Below are positions 61,641 through 64,000 of a DNA stretch of 64,000 bases, piece by piece; position 1 is the stretch's first letter; every line of letters begins with the position of its first letter. A model generated the notes under the pieces. It did no database searches, was not told the DNA's origin, and saw nothing but the letters and a program-made list of their open reading frames with translations. The stretch comes from a virus: IMG/VR virus record IMGVR_UViG_3300029712_000001. The stretch is one strand, 5' to 3'. The position numbers and the translations under genes are program-made.

Positions 61641-61916
61641 TTACATATTTAAAATACCGTTTTTACCAATATGCTTCTTCTCTTCTTCAGTAGGCCATTC
61701 TTTCTTGAACTTACCATGCCACGTTCCAGGAACTACCACCACTTCGTCTCCCTTACTATATTCAATAGCGGCACATTCAGAACAAAGAGGCTTGCCTTCA
61801 TATCCCTTTAGCGACTTATCGTAAATACGATTCTTACAAGGTCTTATAAGAGCCCAATAACAGGATGTGGCTGTATTATCTATACAGCCACATTTTGAAC
61901 AAACAAACAAACTCAT
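61641..61916 (-). CDS. Zinc-ribbon protein (91 aa)
   Basis: CSKCGC...CSEC motifs. Confidence 0.7.
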   Translation of the reverse strand: MSLFVCSKCGCIDNTATSCYWALIRPCKNRIYDKSLKGYEGKPLCSECAAIEYSKGDEVVVVPGTWHGKFKKEWPTEEEKKHIGKNGILNM

Positions 61917-62776
61917 CCCGCAATCTCCCAGTCATTAGACATAATATCATGTTCGGTTGGATTCCAATTTGATGCCACTTTTTGACCTGTATCTATCATC
62001 AATATATTTACGTCAAACATACAGATATACTTTTTACCCCAATCGATTCTTTTTATCTTACGACCTAATTTAAGCCGTTCTAAAGCCTGTTCGAATGTCA
62101 TGCCATGACGAGGCAGTTTGAGATACTTTTCAAGTCTGTCGGAGGCTTCATTTGGTGTATGGCCATCGTATTCGAAAGCGGTTTCTCTTTCAGGAACATC
62201 AAACAAATCCCAGTATTTGCTTTCATAGTGATTAGATACCTGACCGGTAGGTAGGATCGCCATCACAATAAACCAATCATCAGAACCGAAGCATTTTTCT
62301 CCGTCGCTGTGTCTCCTTGATTTGCAAACTTCAACCTGTCCGCTTCTGGCTAATAGATTAAAGAAGGCAGCGTTATACAACATGCGATACCGATACAATT
62401 CATTGAAAGTGTGGTATCCGTCAGAGACTTCTCCCACGTCTACAGGCTTCTTGTTTTGAATACTACCCAAAATATTCTCTATATAGAGCTGTATTTTATA
62501 CATACCCATTTCGGTGTGGCCGTATTTGTTCAAGATATTATTGACATCGTATTGTATATTAAAATCTTTTTCAAATTCTACTTCAGGATGATTAGGATAG
62601 TAGTAATCTACTGATGCTTCTAACACAGACTTGATATGCTCTACTATCCTCGTGGCATCATCATGTTTTAAGAAATTCTTGAATCCCTCAACGAATTTAA
62701 TATCTTCTTCGATTGTTGATTCGAACTCTTCTTTTGTCATTACTCTAACCACATCTTTAAAATCTTTTAATTCCAT
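61913..62776 (-). CDS. Multi-domain protein with C-terminal DUF2829 (Tad2-like) domain (287 aa)
   Basis: C-terminus MTFEQALERLKLGRKIKRIDW...WNPTEHDIMSNDWEI fits M.F.EA...LK.G.K..R..W....W.P...D....DWEI. The central DGYHTFNELY...EYDGH segment is WDGH-like. Confidence 0.6.
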   Translation of the reverse strand: MELKDFKDVVRVMTKEEFESTIEEDIKFVEGFKNFLKHDDATRIVEHIKSVLEASVDYYYPNHPEVEFEKDFNIQYDVNNILNKYGHTEMGMYKIQLYIENILGSIQNKKPVDVGEVSDGYHTFNELYRYRMLYNAAFFNLLARSGQVEVCKSRRHSDGEKCFGSDDWFIVMAILPTGQVSNHYESKYWDLFDVPERETAFEYDGHTPNEASDRLEKYLKLPRHGMTFEQALERLKLGRKIKRIDWGKKYICMFDVNILMIDTGQKVASNWNPTEHDIMSNDWEIAG

Positions 62777-62799
62777 GATTTGTTTTAAATTAATTGTTA

Positions 62800-63435
62800 C
62801 TATACTTTCTTTATCCTACAATACAAACCCCACAAAAACTCAGCGGAGAAACTATCCCATACATTATTCTTCTGCCAAAGTTCTACTTTGTTAACAAACC
62901 AAGACCATGTGGGACCCTCATATGAAGAATCAGATGATGATCCCAATCCGATTTTCTCCATTTCATTCGCCACATCAGAATAAGGATCTAAATCGACTCC
63001 CCTAATCATGTTAATAATATCATCCTTGTCTAACGTAAATTGAAACCGCTCCTTGTTAGTAGGCGGATCTTGATTCAATTTACCAGTCGCAAGCCATTTT
63101 CCATCATGATACAATTCGGCAAGTTTCTTTACCTTATTTTTAAGAAAAGAATACTCTTGTGTGACTTCTATAAAATCAGCTTCGTTAGCTTCACCCTCTA
63201 TGAAGATAACGGTTTTGCTTCCAGGTCTATGATCGTCTAAGCTTGCCGGGATTCCCAATATCGTCCATCCTTTAAACTCAGCTATCTTAAAACGCATGAC
63301 ATCAAACACCTTATAGAAATCATCACAATCTACAGATTCTATTACCTTAATATCCTCTTCTGTGAATTTACCTCGTATTGGAATAACGTGATGACCGGGG
63401 CAGCCATCGGTTCCGAAATATGCGATTCTAACCAC
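62800..63435 (-). CDS. Hypothetical protein (211 aa)
   Basis: ATG ORF. Confidence 0.75.
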   Translation of the reverse strand: MVRIAYFGTDGCPGHHVIPIRGKFTEEDIKVIESVDCDDFYKVFDVMRFKIAEFKGWTILGIPASLDDHRPGSKTVIFIEGEANEADFIEVTQEYSFLKNKVKKLAELYHDGKWLATGKLNQDPPTNKERFQFTLDKDDIINMIRGVDLDPYSDVANEMEKIGLGSSSDSSYEGPTWSWFVNKVELWQKNNVWDSFSAEFLWGLYCRIKKV

Positions 63436-63455
63436 GATATTTACAATATTTTAAT

Positions 63456-63671
63456 TTATTTTGCTAAAACATTCATATAACATGGCACATCTACCACATC
63501 TCTTCTACGAAGTCCCTTATCAAAATAGGAAACCATATAAGTATTTTTACCTTCGTGATCAGGTCTGGGATCAAAACATTCAAAAACGAATCTTGTTATA
63601 CCTTCCAAATGACCAAGCATGAAAACAAATTCGCCACTGTATCTTTTATTAGCCAATTCTTCTACAGTCAT
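63456..63671 (-). CDS. Hypothetical protein (71 aa)
   Basis: ATGA overlap with the upstream gene. Confidence 0.6.
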   Translation of the reverse strand: MTVEELANKRYSGEFVFMLGHLEGITRFVFECFDPRPDHEGKNTYMVSYFDKGLRRRDVVDVPCYMNVLAK

Positions 63672-63895
63672 AATCTGTCCCCTCCTAATCCTGAATTGAT
63701 GCTAACGTACTTAACACGGACATCATTTCCACGTCCAAGCTGACCCCAGCCGGGCGACGGCGTTCCCTTGGCCGGAGCAGGGACAGCCCTAAGCCGAGAC
63801 CAGTCCTGCTTTTGCCTCATGGCTTCAGCCTCTTTGTAATACCGGTTACACAGTTCTTGATCTTCGTAACCAACGTAATCTTCCTTATTTTCCAT
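63668..63895 (-). CDS. Hypothetical protein (75 aa)
   Basis: First gene of the leftward unit. Contains GC island 63729-63810. Confidence 0.6.
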   Translation of the reverse strand: MENKEDYVGYEDQELCNRYYKEAEAMRQKQDWSRLRAVPAPAKGTPSPGWGQLGRGNDVRVKYVSINSGLGGDRL

Positions 63896-63912
63896 AAAAA
63901 ATACTTTTTCAA

Positions 63913-63920
63913 CAAAAGTA
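63913..63920 (-). promoter_or_regulatory. -7 box TACTTTTG
   Basis: Minus-strand TAnnTTTG 18 nt upstream of ATG 63895. A minus-strand terminator hairpin (cccgat.cg/cg.atcggg) lies at the window end. Confidence 0.5.
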
Positions 63921-64000
63921 CGACATTCATGAATTAATTAGATTTAAAATAAAACAATATGAATTAAAATAAAAACCCGATACGTTAAAATCGCATCGGG

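Noticed and set aside
1-64000. Stop-codon reassignment (TAG or TGA recoding) as seen in some gut phages
   Set aside because: Long ORFs, including the 2148-codon one, and tight gene packing are fully consistent with the standard code. The few broken genes are explained by single-base homopolymer shifts, not in-frame stops.

Overview
AT-rich (about 35-40% GC by eye), densely packed dsDNA phage or prophage segment. Bacteroidota affinity is suggested by TAnnTTTG -7 promoter boxes, a BACON/Ig-like protein and DUF1566-type domains. Nt 500-51900 is a rightward array of about 110 mostly small genes. It holds accessory and anti-defence-like genes, a PNK-type 3'-phosphatase, a DHH phosphoesterase, a CCA/polyA-family nucleotidyltransferase head domain, an ABC-type ATPase, a replication/recombination block (primase-like, DnaB-like and SF2 helicases, two PD-(D/E)XK nucleases), an orphan C5-cytosine methyltransferase and an ACP-NfeD-flotillin membrane module. 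Nt 51955-63895 is a leftward block with a 2148-aa giant protein, two fibre/receptor-binding-like genes and small genes including a DUF2829 (Tad2-like) fusion. Two diverged tnpB-only IS copies lie in inverted orientation, one cut by the window start and one at 19.4-20.7 kb. Main unexplained signals: (1) poly-G tracts directly behind a shared MRRRF start codon block in two fibre-like genes, both one G short of the in-frame length, plus a third G10 at a gene junction. (2) A 6.4-9.8 kb island of long, hairpin-dense non-coding segments with three tRNA-like T-arm/acceptor modules and several tandem repeats. (3) Compensatory base changes between the two TnpB omega-RNA regions. (4) A multi-GNRA structured RNA candidate after the flotillin module. 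(5) Punctate 70-130 nt GC/GC3-rich islands inside many AT-rich ORFs, one resembling a DGR variable region. All calls are by eye from sequence and motifs. No searches were run.
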